Part shown: positions 28,276 through 37,838 of the stretch, one piece after another | Numbering within the stretch: the first letter of the stretch is position 1 | How the letters are laid out: each line of letters opens with the position of its first letter | From: Candidatus Actinomarinales bacterium | Lineage (GTDB): Bacteria; Actinomycetota; Acidimicrobiia; Actinomarinales; Actinomarinaceae | Assembly: GCA_004214055.1 (NCBI GenBank) | Contig: SGYT01000001.1 | Location: 1 to 57,550 of the forward strand | DNA length: 57,550 bases | Reading direction: 5' to 3' | Program-made: the position numbers and the translations under genes | Notes under the pieces: generated by a model | Told to the model about the DNA's origin: nothing | The model's input: the letters and a program-made list of their open reading frames with translations, nothing else | Databases searched by the model: none

Positions 28276-29316
28276 TTAATGACCATTAATGTAAGAAAAA
28301 CCTACATTTTTTAGGAGTGTATCCAAATATTCTCTTAATTGCTGGGCTCTATTTCTCCCAATACCATCAACTTCAAATAATTTATCAGTTGAAGCATTTA
28401 ACAAGTTTGGAAGTGTTTTAAATTTGTGAATTAATAAATCATGGAGATTGTCAGGCAATCCAGGAAGTCTCCCCAGAACTCTATAACCCTTAGAAACAGA
28501 TATTTCATCCAGAGGTTCCATGAATAATACTGAGCCCAAATATTCAACATCATTTAATTCCTCATAAGTCAAGTTTGATATTGCCTCAACAGCTTTATTT
28601 ATATTTCTAAATCTTTTTGTAGGTAAATGGTCTCTTAAAACTAGATCTAGGGTTCTCTTTACTCCAGACTCAAATGAATCAATCTGAATCATAACTAAAC
28701 CTGCATCTTCCCCTAAACCGACTGCTTCCTTTCTTACTTGTTTAGACAATCTTCCTAATAGCTCTCCTCTTTGGACAACTTCAAGCACTTGCTGTTTTGT
28801 TAGTGTATTTTCAATTTCAAGTTCCCCAAGTTCTAACACAGCATCATCAAATCTTCTTCTGGTTCTGTCTATAGATTGTAATGATTCATTTACGCGACCA
28901 AATATTATCGAAGACTCTTCAAGCTCATTTACATCATTTCCTTTATAAACTTTAATAATTGAAGATTCTTCTGAAACAGCAACGACTCTTAGACCTGTTT
29001 CGACAGATACTCTTTCTGCTGTTCTGTGTCTTGTTCCAGTCTGTGATGTTGCTATATTGTCAGAAGGATTTAAATGAACATTTGCTTTTAAAATATTATT
29101 GACTTCAGAATCAACAACAATGGCACCATCCATTTTTGCTAATTCCGATAACATTTCAGGTGTATATGAACAATTTGTTAAACTTATCCCTCCCGACGAT
29201 ATTCTTTCTAGTTTTGATGATGTCCCTATAACAATTAGAGCGCCTGTTTTTTTATCAGCAACAAGATCCATGCCATTCCTTAATGGTTGACCTGGGATTA
29301 ATTGATTTTCTGCCAT
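28276..29316 (-). CDS. disA: DNA integrity scanning protein DisA (diadenylate cyclase)
   Basis: DAC-domain motifs DGAIVVD and GTRHRTAER, plus a C-terminal HhH region (GIGRNRAQQLREY). Confidence 0.9.
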   Translation of the reverse strand: MAENQLIPGQPLRNGMDLVADKKTGALIVIGTSSKLERISSGGISLTNCSYTPEMLSELAKMDGAIVVDSEVNNILKANVHLNPSDNIATSQTGTRHRTAERVSVETGLRVVAVSEESSIIKVYKGNDVNELEESSIIFGRVNESLQSIDRTRRRFDDAVLELGELEIENTLTKQQVLEVVQRGELLGRLSKQVRKEAVGLGEDAGLVMIQIDSFESGVKRTLDLVLRDHLPTKRFRNINKAVEAISNLTYEELNDVEYLGSVLFMEPLDEISVSKGYRVLGRLPGLPDNLHDLLIHKFKTLPNLLNASTDKLFEVDGIGRNRAQQLREYLDTLLKNVGFSYINGH

Positions 29317-29409
29317 AAAAAGTTCCTTTTATCTTTTATTATTTGAGTATTTTAATTATTCGAATGTTACTGTATTATTTTATTATTAATCTAGTTATCA
29401 AAGGTTGTT

Positions 29410-30306
29410 GTGGAAAATATTACTTGTAAAGCATGTCAAGCTGTTGTTGACAAAAAATTAGAATTTTGTTCAAGTTGTGGCGAATGGCTTGGTTTGAAAA
29501 TGGAAGACTTGAAAACTTCTGAAACTAGTCAAGAAGAAGACCGGTTTAAAACAAGAACTCGAATACCTCAAATTAAGTGCCAAAACTGTGGAGGTAGTAA
29601 TCCTCCATCAGTTAGAAATTGTAGAGAATGCAGCATGCCTCTTGTTAAACCTTTATCAAGTTACGGGGCTACTGAGCTCCCAACCAGAAAAGAAGTTCCT
29701 GGAATAAGGGCTGTCTTTTTTCTTGCTTTAATTATTCCATTAATTGCAGGAGCTAGTGTTTTCTACAACACAAGAGTTGCTGAAGAGGTTGTTCAAGAAA
29801 TAGAAGTTGTTGAATCAACAGCTGTTACAACAACATCAATAACAAATAAAGGTATGCTCAAACTACAAAAACCAATTTCATGTACTGCTTCAAGTACTTA
29901 CGAATCTGGTAACTCTGGAGACTTCTCATGTGAAAATCTTTATGATGATGAATATACAATGTGGCAAGATAACTCGCAGAGTTGTGAAGCTGGATGGCTT
30001 GAGTTCAAATTTCCTAATAATATATATATCGAGTTTATTGTCGTTCAAAATTCAGAAAAAAGTGGATCATTTAAAAGAAATTATAAAATTCGAGATTTAT
30101 TAATTACGACTGATGACCCAGACTTACAGATACAAAAAGAGCTTGAAAATGACAACTATGATCAATGGGTTGATGTGAATGCTACGACTTCTTCTTTAAG
30201 ATTAGATTTCCTAAGTGCTTATCCTGGGGAAGAACTTAATGGACAAAAGCCTTTTGAGGAATGTGCGATTCAAGAGGTTAGATTTTTTGGGAAGGATAAT
30301 AGCTAA
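29410..30306 (+). CDS. double zinc-ribbon / single-TM protein with discoidin-like (F5/8 type C-like) extracytoplasmic domain
   Basis: GTG start. The zinc-ribbon motifs are CKACQ..CSSCG and CQNCG..CRECS. A TM segment (AVFFLALIIPLIAGASVF) follows. The C-terminal domain has Cys pairs and a W-rich beta pattern. Confidence 0.6.
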   Translation: MENITCKACQAVVDKKLEFCSSCGEWLGLKMEDLKTSETSQEEDRFKTRTRIPQIKCQNCGGSNPPSVRNCRECSMPLVKPLSSYGATELPTRKEVPGIRAVFFLALIIPLIAGASVFYNTRVAEEVVQEIEVVESTAVTTTSITNKGMLKLQKPISCTASSTYESGNSGDFSCENLYDDEYTMWQDNSQSCEAGWLEFKFPNNIYIEFIVVQNSEKSGSFKRNYKIRDLLITTDDPDLQIQKELENDNYDQWVDVNATTSSLRLDFLSAYPGEELNGQKPFEECAIQEVRFFGKDNS

Positions 30307-30356
30307 AGTTCTTATCTTCACCTTTGAATAAGTTATTTAACTATACTTGAAAAATT

Positions 30357-32837
30357 TTACGATTCAGTCTCCACAAAATCGATTTGTGGTTCATTTGGAG
30401 CTTCTACTGCTTCAAAAACTAGAGTTTCTTCTTCTTTGTTTAGTGAAATAATAATTGTTGAACCAGCTTTGTATTTTCCTTGAAGAAGCTCTTCTGAAAG
30501 AGGATCCTCAAGAAGTCGCTGAATTGACCTTCTTAGTGGTCTTGCACCAAACTCTTTGTTATATCCCTCTGTAGCCAAGTATTCTTTTGCTTCAGCAGAT
30601 AAAACAATTTCTAAATCTGAATTCTTTAACTGTTTATGCACTCTATCGAGCATTAAATCAACAATCTCTTTTACTTCATCCAGTGTCAGCTCGTGGAAAA
30701 CAATCGTTTCATCGATTCTGTTTAAAAACTCAGGCTTAAAATACCTTTTAAGCTCCTCATTAACTTTTGATTTCATTTTTTCATAAGACCCAGCTTCATC
30801 TAAATTGCTAAAACCTATACTTTTAGTTAAGTCTTTCGTTCCTAAATTAGAAGTCATAATAATTACAGTATTTTTAAAATCTACTGTTCTTCCTTGAGCG
30901 TCTGTTAATCTACCATCTTCAAGAATTTGAAGTAGTGTATTAAATACATCTGGATGAGCTTTTTCTACCTCATCTAATAACACAACACTAAAGGGTTTTC
31001 TTCTAACAGCTTCTGTTAATTGTCCCCCTTCATCATAACCAACATAACCTGGAGGAGAACCTATAAGCCTGCTAACTGTATGTTTCTCCATATATTCAGA
31101 CATATCAATTTGTATCAATGAATCTTCATCACCAAACAAAAACTCTGCCAAAGCTTTGGCCGTTTCTGTTTTCCCAACACCTGAAGGTCCTAAAAATATA
31201 AAAGATCCTGAAGGTCTTTTTGGGTCTTTTAATCCAGACCTTGTTCTTCTTATAGCTTTTGAAACAGCAGTTATAGCTTCCTCTTGTCCAATAATTCTTT
31301 TATGAAGCTCCTTTTCCATTTCAAGAAGTCTTGCAGTTTCCTCTTGGGTTAACCTGTGTACAGGAATCCCAGTCCACTGTGCAAGAACTTCAGCTATCTC
31401 TTCTTCATCAATAACCATCTCAACATCTGAGGAATTAACCTCTTCCAAAGAATCTACCTCATCTAAAACTACTTTTTCCTGATCTCTTATTTGTGCCGCT
31501 TTCTCATAAAGTTGAGATTGGACAGCATCTATCTTCTGCTCTCGTAAATTTTTTAATTTCTCAGCAATTGCCTTTTTTTCACCATCGAGTGGCTTCTTAT
31601 ATACTCTCATTCTGCTTCCTGCTTCATCTATTAAGTCAATTGCTTTATCTGGTAAAAATCTATCTGAAATGTAACGATCTGCCATATTTACTGCTGAAGC
31701 AATAGCTTGCTCAGTGAATCTAACTCCATGATGAACTTCATAACGATCTTTTAATCCATCTAGTATTTCTATAGCATCTGATAAGTTAGGTTCATCTACC
31801 TGTACTGACTGAAATCTTCTTTCTAAAGCTGCATCTTTTTCAAAATGCTTTCTAAATTCTTCTAATGTTGTCGCACCTACAGTTTGCAATTCTCCTCTTG
31901 CAAGCATTGGTTTAAGAATGGAAGCAGCGTCAATTGCTCCTTCTGCAGCTCCTGCCCCAACTAAGGTGTGGATTTCATCTATGAATAAAACTATGTCTCC
32001 TCTTGTCCTTATTTCTTTTAGTACTTTCTTTAATCTTTCCTCAAAATCTCCTCTATATCTTGACCCAGCTACCAAGGCTGATAAATCTAATGTGTATATC
32101 TGTTTCCCTTGAAGTGTTGATGGTATGTCTCCTGAAATAATCTTCTGTGCTAAGCCCTCTACTATTGCTGTTTTGCCTACACCTGGCTCACCAATTAATA
32201 CTGGGTTATTTTTTGTTCTTCTTGATAAAATTTGCATAACTCTCTCAATTTCTGTGGTTCTTCCAATAACAGGATCTAACTTTCCTTCTTTAGCCATTCT
32301 TGTCAAATTTCGACCAAATTGATCAAGTATCGCTGATCCTGTTCCTGAACCAGGTCTTTCTCTTCCTCCTGTTGATGCTGTTTGAGGTTTTTTTCCTTCG
32401 TCTGAATTAGAAATTAGTTTAATTACTGTTTGTCTGACTTGAGAAAGCTCTGCTCCTAACTTCTTTAAGACTTGTGCTGCAACACCTTCTCCTTCTCTTA
32501 TGAGCCCTAATAAGATATGTTCAGTACCAATATAATTATGACCTAACTGAAGTGCTTCTCTAAGTGAGAGTTCCAAAACTTTTTTTGCTCTTGGAGTAAA
32601 AGGAATATGACCACTTGGCGATTGCTGACCTTCTCCTATAATTTCAACGACTTCTGATCTAACACTATCAATGTTAATGTTTAATTCTTCTAGAGCTTTT
32701 GCAGCATGCCCTTCTCCTTCTTGGATTAAACCAAGTAAAATATGCTCGGTTCCTATATAGTTATGATTTAGACGCCTTGCCTCTTCTTGGGCAAGAACTA
32801 CAACTCTTCTGGCTCTATCAGTAAATCGCTCAAACAT
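30357..32837 (-). CDS. clpC: ATP-dependent Clp protease ATP-binding subunit ClpC
   Basis: Canonical N-terminus MFERFTDRARRVV, two Clp-N repeats, two AAA+ modules (GEPGVGKT, GPSGVGKT) and a UVR-like linker. The track start at 32870 would add 11 non-conserved residues. Confidence 0.95.
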   Translation of the reverse strand: MFERFTDRARRVVVLAQEEARRLNHNYIGTEHILLGLIQEGEGHAAKALEELNINIDSVRSEVVEIIGEGQQSPSGHIPFTPRAKKVLELSLREALQLGHNYIGTEHILLGLIREGEGVAAQVLKKLGAELSQVRQTVIKLISNSDEGKKPQTASTGGRERPGSGTGSAILDQFGRNLTRMAKEGKLDPVIGRTTEIERVMQILSRRTKNNPVLIGEPGVGKTAIVEGLAQKIISGDIPSTLQGKQIYTLDLSALVAGSRYRGDFEERLKKVLKEIRTRGDIVLFIDEIHTLVGAGAAEGAIDAASILKPMLARGELQTVGATTLEEFRKHFEKDAALERRFQSVQVDEPNLSDAIEILDGLKDRYEVHHGVRFTEQAIASAVNMADRYISDRFLPDKAIDLIDEAGSRMRVYKKPLDGEKKAIAEKLKNLREQKIDAVQSQLYEKAAQIRDQEKVVLDEVDSLEEVNSSDVEMVIDEEEIAEVLAQWTGIPVHRLTQEETARLLEMEKELHKRIIGQEEAITAVSKAIRRTRSGLKDPKRPSGSFIFLGPSGVGKTETAKALAEFLFGDEDSLIQIDMSEYMEKHTVSRLIGSPPGYVGYDEGGQLTEAVRRKPFSVVLLDEVEKAHPDVFNTLLQILEDGRLTDAQGRTVDFKNTVIIMTSNLGTKDLTKSIGFSNLDEAGSYEKMKSKVNEELKRYFKPEFLNRIDETIVFHELTLDEVKEIVDLMLDRVHKQLKNSDLEIVLSAEAKEYLATEGYNKEFGARPLRRSIQRLLEDPLSEELLQGKYKAGSTIIISLNKEEETLVFEAVEAPNEPQIDFVETES

Positions 32838-32918
32838 ACTAACTATATTAATAAGACTTTGTTTATACATCTAAATCAAAATTCCAACTATTTATAAAAG
32901 TCTCTTATTCTTGTCTAT

Positions 32919-33896
32919 ATGGAGTCAAATAGCTTAAAAAAAATAATACCTATTGAGCAATTATGGATTAATTTAGACAATTTTGAAAATAGATTGTATG
33001 AAATTAGCGGTTCAAAAGATTCATATTTAAATGATATTTCACAGTATTTAATAAAAGCTGGTGGAAAAAGATTTAGGCCTGTTTGTACACTGTTATCAGG
33101 AGAGTTGGGAAACGGCAATAATGAAAAAATTATTGATGCAGCAGTGGCTGTTGAATTAATACACTTAGGAAGCCTTTATCATGATGACGTAATAGATGAA
33201 GCTGAAACGAGACGGTCTGTTCAAAGTGCTAATGTAAAATGGAACTCAACTCTATCTATACTCGCGGGAGATTATTTGCTTGCAAGATCTTCTGAACTAG
33301 CAGCTGAAACATTGGGCCTTGAGTCAGTAAAATTATTAGCATCAACATATGCTGAACTCGTCGAAGGACAAACTAAAGAAGTGCAATATCAGTATGACAC
33401 AGAACATAGTACAGATGACTACATGAAAGTTATAGAGGGCAAAACAGCAAGCCTTATAAGAACTAGTGCAAAATTAGGAGCTATGGCTGCTGATTGTGAC
33501 GAAAAAACAACTGAAGCAATAAGTAAATGGGCATGGCATAGTGGATTAATTTTTCAAATTACGGATGATATTTTAGATCTAAATTCTAATACTGAAACTC
33601 TAGGTAAGGAAGCTGGTAAAGATATTCTTGAAGGAACTTATACACTCCCTGTCCTGCTTGCATTATCAAAAAATAAGGAAAAGATAAAAGTAATACTGGA
33701 AGATATAAAAAATTCGAAAACTAAATTATCAGATGTTATTGATGAATTCAATAATGAAAAAATAATTCATGAATCTGAAAAATATTTAGATTATCACTTT
33801 AAAAAGGGACTGGAAAGTTTAGATGATATTCAAAATTCCAAAATCAAAAACATTCTTATTAATATCAGCAACTATCTGATAAATAGAAGTAACTAA
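32919..33896 (+). CDS. trans-polyprenyl diphosphate synthase
   Basis: First and second Asp-rich motifs, LYHDDVIDE and ITDDILD. Chain length cannot be predicted from the sequence. Confidence 0.88.
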   Translation: MESNSLKKIIPIEQLWINLDNFENRLYEISGSKDSYLNDISQYLIKAGGKRFRPVCTLLSGELGNGNNEKIIDAAVAVELIHLGSLYHDDVIDEAETRRSVQSANVKWNSTLSILAGDYLLARSSELAAETLGLESVKLLASTYAELVEGQTKEVQYQYDTEHSTDDYMKVIEGKTASLIRTSAKLGAMAADCDEKTTEAISKWAWHSGLIFQITDDILDLNSNTETLGKEAGKDILEGTYTLPVLLALSKNKEKIKVILEDIKNSKTKLSDVIDEFNNEKIIHESEKYLDYHFKKGLESLDDIQNSKIKNILINISNYLINRSN

Positions 33897-35380
33897 TTTT
33901 CAGGTTTTAAATGTGGAAAAGCCAACACCTCTCTAATTGAGGAATTATTAGTCAGAATCATTACAAATCTATCAATGCCAAAACCTAATCCTCCGGTTGG
34001 TGGTAAACCATATTGAAGAGCTTCTACATAGTCTTCATCTTCAACATGTGCTTCTTCATCTCCCTTAGCTTTTTGCTGTGCCTGTATTTTTAATCTATTT
34101 TCTTGTTCTTCAGAATCAATCAACTCAGAAAATCCATTAGCTAACTCGCTTCCAAAAGCAAATAGCTCAAATCTTTCTGTTACGCCTTGTTTTTTCTTAT
34201 TTTCTCGAGCAAAAGGTGAAACTTCAATTGGATACTCTGTAACAAAAGTAGGGCTTACAATATCATTTTCAATATAATTTTCGAAAAGCTCATAAACCAA
34301 TAATCCGATTGTTTTGGCCTCTGGTTTATTGTTCAGCTGATTTTTTAATGCACTTCTTATTTTTTTTATATCAGAATCATGCTTTATTTCAACATTAAAC
34401 TTTTTTGAAACGAGTTCATACATACTGACTCTTTTCCATGGGGCAGAAAAATCAGCTTCATTATCCATAAATTTTAATTTCTTCTCAAGACCTAATTCTT
34501 CAAAAATGTATAAACACATATTCTCGACCATGTCCATCACCGCAGTTGCATCAACATATGCTTCATAGCTCTCCATCATTGTAAATTCTGGTGAGTGTGT
34601 TTGATCTATTCCTTCATTCCTAAAGACTTTGCCCAATTCAAATACTTTCTCAAAACCCCCAACTATTAGTCTTTTTAGATATAGCTCTGGAGCGATTCTA
34701 AGATACATATCAAAATCTAAAGCATTATGATGCGTTGTAAAAGGCCTTGCTATAGCACCTCCGGCTTTAGGTTGTAAAATTGGTGTTTCAACTTCAATAA
34801 AACCTTCTGTCTCCATAAAGTTCCTTATTAAGTTTATTATTTTTGATCTTATCTCAATGGTTCTTTTGGAATCTGGATTAACAATGAAATCCAGATACCT
34901 TTGTCTAAATCTTGTTTCTTTATCTTTTAAACCGTGCCATTTCTCTGGAAGTGTTCTTAGTGATTTTGAAAGAACAGTGCTGGATTTTGCTTTTATTGAT
35001 AATTCCCCTTTTTTAGTTTTCATTATTTCACCAAGTACTCCGATTAAGTCTCCTGAGTCATAATTCTCAAAGTGTAAGAGCTCTTTTTTAGGCATATTAT
35101 TTTTATCAACTAAAACTTGAATCTTTCCTGTATTATCTAATAAATCTAAAAATGAAAGCTTCCCGAATGATCTGTTTTGTAAAATTCTTCCCTTAATTAA
35201 AACATCTACTCCCGTATGTTCTCCTGACTCTATCTCCCTATGCTTAAGAATAATATCCTCTATATCCACAGCCCCTTCAAAGCTTGTTGGAAAAGACTTG
35301 TTAGTTAATTCATTAAAAAAACTTATCTTTTGTTTTCTTAATTCGAAAATTTCTTTTTCTGATTTTGAAAAATTACTCAC
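33893..35380 (-). CDS. lysS: lysine--tRNA ligase (class II)
   Basis: OB-fold N-domain and class II motifs (FRNEG, GGLGFGIDR), 495 aa. Confidence 0.95.
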   Translation of the reverse strand: MSNFSKSEKEIFELRKQKISFFNELTNKSFPTSFEGAVDIEDIILKHREIESGEHTGVDVLIKGRILQNRSFGKLSFLDLLDNTGKIQVLVDKNNMPKKELLHFENYDSGDLIGVLGEIMKTKKGELSIKAKSSTVLSKSLRTLPEKWHGLKDKETRFRQRYLDFIVNPDSKRTIEIRSKIINLIRNFMETEGFIEVETPILQPKAGGAIARPFTTHHNALDFDMYLRIAPELYLKRLIVGGFEKVFELGKVFRNEGIDQTHSPEFTMMESYEAYVDATAVMDMVENMCLYIFEELGLEKKLKFMDNEADFSAPWKRVSMYELVSKKFNVEIKHDSDIKKIRSALKNQLNNKPEAKTIGLLVYELFENYIENDIVSPTFVTEYPIEVSPFARENKKKQGVTERFELFAFGSELANGFSELIDSEEQENRLKIQAQQKAKGDEEAHVEDEDYVEALQYGLPPTGGLGFGIDRFVMILTNNSSIREVLAFPHLKPEN

Positions 35381-35389
35381 GTATATAGC

Positions 35390-36157
35390 TTAATTATTTA
35401 ATTTATATATTTCTTCAAGTCCATCTAATGTTAAATCTTCTTGATATTTAGATTTAATATTTAGAAGTGGATGAAGTATTTTACCCAGACCACCTGTAAC
35501 AAATATTTTTGGCTTCAGCCCTGATTCAAGGATTATTTTCTCTATCATAGAATCAATCATTGAACTATGACCCAATATCAGTCCACTTTGTATTGCCTCA
35601 TAAGTATTTTTTCCAACAACTTTTCTAGGTGTTTCAAGCTCAACTGACTTCAAAGAAGACGTTTTTGAAGTGAGAGCATTTAAACTAATTTTTATACCCG
35701 GTGCAATTGCACCTCCTAAATATTCTTTTTTTTCATTAACTAAGTCAAAAGTTGTTGCAGTTCCTAAGTCAATAACAATAACGGCTGATTCAGATTTTAT
35801 ATATCCACCTATAGAATTAGCAATCCTGTCTGGACCAAGCTCTTTCGGATTATCTATATTAACTTTTAATCCTGTTTTTACTCCAGGACCAACAACTATT
35901 GCTTCTTTTGAAATAAACTTGCTTGTTGCCGTCGCAACACTATTAGTTATTTGAGGAACAACAGAACAAATTATTGCTCCGTCAATTAAGTTTTCTTTAA
36001 TCGGGTCTAAATCAATTATTGTCTTAAACATCATTAGTAATTCATCAGATGTTATAGTTTTCCTAGTAGTAAATCTATACCCTTCCCAGTTTTTCGAATT
36101 ACCAAGACCTACAGTTGTCTCACTATTCCCAACATCAATAGCAATAATTTTTTTCAT
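35390..36157 (-). CDS. coaX: type III pantothenate kinase
   Basis: Motifs IAIDVGNS.T, VIDLGTATT and GPDR, 255 aa. Confidence 0.9.
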   Translation of the reverse strand: MKKIIAIDVGNSETTVGLGNSKNWEGYRFTTRKTITSDELLMMFKTIIDLDPIKENLIDGAIICSVVPQITNSVATATSKFISKEAIVVGPGVKTGLKVNIDNPKELGPDRIANSIGGYIKSESAVIVIDLGTATTFDLVNEKKEYLGGAIAPGIKISLNALTSKTSSLKSVELETPRKVVGKNTYEAIQSGLILGHSSMIDSMIEKIILESGLKPKIFVTGGLGKILHPLLNIKSKYQEDLTLDGLEEIYKLNN

Positions 36158-36975
36158 TTACCCTCCAACTTAAAGTCGATATTGTCAATCAATCTTAGAT
36201 TTTCAATATAAGCTGCAATTAAAATAATAAACTCTTCTGTATTTTCTGCTGGCTTTGAAAATGTTGCTAAGTCTAATATCTCTAAATAATCAATATCAAT
36301 TTCTTCATCTAAATAATTAGAACTAAAATTTTCTAAAAAATTAGTTTTACCTGTAGAATAAAAATCTTTCTTTGTTGATTTAAGAACCTTATAAAGTAAA
36401 GCTGCTTTGTCTTTGCCTCTGTTTGTTAATAATGAGTTTCGGCTGCTTAAAGCTAACCCTGAACTTTCTCTTATAGTTGGACTTGCAATTATTTCTATTT
36501 CATATTTTTTATTTACTACCATTTCGTTTATTAAAAATAACTGCTGCGCATCTTTTTTGCCAAAAATTGCAATTTTTGGCCTAATTAATTCAAAAAATCT
36601 ATTTACTACCGTTAGAACGCCGTCAAAATGTCCAGGTCTTGAACTTCCCTCAAATTGTTTTCCTAGTTCTCCAGAAGATACTTTTTCAAAATTATTTTTA
36701 GGATAAACATAGTCATTTTCGGGAATAAATAAATAATCAACATTAAAATTTTCTAAAACCTTGATATCTTCTTCGATTGGTTTTGGATAATTATTAAAAT
36801 CTTCTTTATCATTAAATTGCATTTCATTAACAAAGATAGAAACTATCACTGGAAGGGAGGACTGTTTACCTTCCTTAATTAATGAAACATGTCCTTTATG
36901 TAACGCTCCCATGGTGGGAATAAAGCAAATATCTTTAGCTAATATATTCTTATTTATTTCTTTGATAATTTCCAT
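36154..36975 (-). CDS. panC: pantoate--beta-alanine ligase
   Basis: PTMGALHKGH (HIGH-like), FGKKDAQQ and SSRN motifs. Confidence 0.93.
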   Translation of the reverse strand: MEIIKEINKNILAKDICFIPTMGALHKGHVSLIKEGKQSSLPVIVSIFVNEMQFNDKEDFNNYPKPIEEDIKVLENFNVDYLFIPENDYVYPKNNFEKVSSGELGKQFEGSSRPGHFDGVLTVVNRFFELIRPKIAIFGKKDAQQLFLINEMVVNKKYEIEIIASPTIRESSGLALSSRNSLLTNRGKDKAALLYKVLKSTKKDFYSTGKTNFLENFSSNYLDEEIDIDYLEILDLATFSKPAENTEEFIILIAAYIENLRLIDNIDFKLEGK

Positions 36976-37007
36976 ATTTATCGTGCCCTAAAATTTGGTG
37001 CCCGTAA

Positions 37008-37493
37008 TTACTTGTAATTTATATTAGCTAATTTTACTAATTTTTGATCACTTAAATTATATTCTGACAGATTTATATCTTGAAATAATTCCGAGAGAGG
37101 CTCTACTACAAACCTTCGGTTCATCCAATCATAATGAGGGATTATTAATTCTTCGTCTTTTATTTCAATGTTGTTAAAAAATATAATATCTATATCTATT
37201 AACCTAGGTCCATATCTAAATGTTTTCTTTCGGCCCATTAATTTTTCAATTTTTTTAATATCTATTAAAAGATCGTTGGGGGTGTTTTTGTAGTCAATTT
37301 CAATGATTAAATTAAAAAAGTTGCCTTGATCTTCATAAATTCTTGGAGCTGAATCATAAATTGAAGATATTTTTTTTATTTCACATATTTTAGATAATTG
37401 TTTTAAAGAACTTTCAATGTTTTTTAGTCGATCGCCAACATTAGAGCCTATAGATAAAATTATTCTGTTAAAATTCTTCACTTGCTGTAACAC
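37008..37493 (-). CDS. folK: 2-amino-4-hydroxy-6-hydroxymethyldihydropteridine diphosphokinase
   Basis: Motifs LSIGSNVGDR, GPRLIDIDI and IPH. An alternative GTG start exists at 37481. Confidence 0.9.
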   Translation of the reverse strand: MLQQVKNFNRIILSIGSNVGDRLKNIESSLKQLSKICEIKKISSIYDSAPRIYEDQGNFFNLIIEIDYKNTPNDLLIDIKKIEKLMGRKKTFRYGPRLIDIDIIFFNNIEIKDEELIIPHYDWMNRRFVVEPLSELFQDINLSEYNLSDQKLVKLANINYK

Positions 37494-37836
37494 TAATGTC
37501 TTCTGTTTTTTGGTTTAAGATTGTATTCGGTTTATGAACTGTAACCAAGATTTCTTGAAGTTTTGGATTCTTTAGTACATCTACAATTTTTAAGGCAAGG
37601 GTTTCAATTAAATTAAATGATTCTTCTTTAACTAACTCAATAACTGACTCCACTATTTTTTCATAATTAATTGTCTCTTCTAATAGATCCTCTTCTATGT
37701 TATCTCTAGCTCTACTTGTGTCTCTAAGTATTGCCTTTACATCAATTAAAAAGAGTTGTTCTTCTTTTTTTTCATCAGCGTAAACCCCGTGCTTTCCATA
37801 TGCTTTAATCCCTTTAACTTCTATTGTTAAAGGCAT
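37468..37836 (-). CDS. folB: dihydroneopterin aldolase
   Basis: 122 aa with the N-terminal IKAYGKHGVYADEK pattern and YEKI. It sits between folP and folK. Confidence 0.87.
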   Translation of the reverse strand: MPLTIEVKGIKAYGKHGVYADEKKEEQLFLIDVKAILRDTSRARDNIEEDLLEETINYEKIVESVIELVKEESFNLIETLALKIVDVLKNPKLQEILVTVHKPNTILNQKTEDISVTASEEF

Positions 37837-37838
37837 TT

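Noticed and set aside
32838-32870. 11-codon N-terminal extension of clpC (MYKQSLINIVS)
   Set aside because: ClpC proteins begin at MFERFTDRA, and the extension has no counterpart. Neither start has a good SD, so a small chance remains that the longer form is used.
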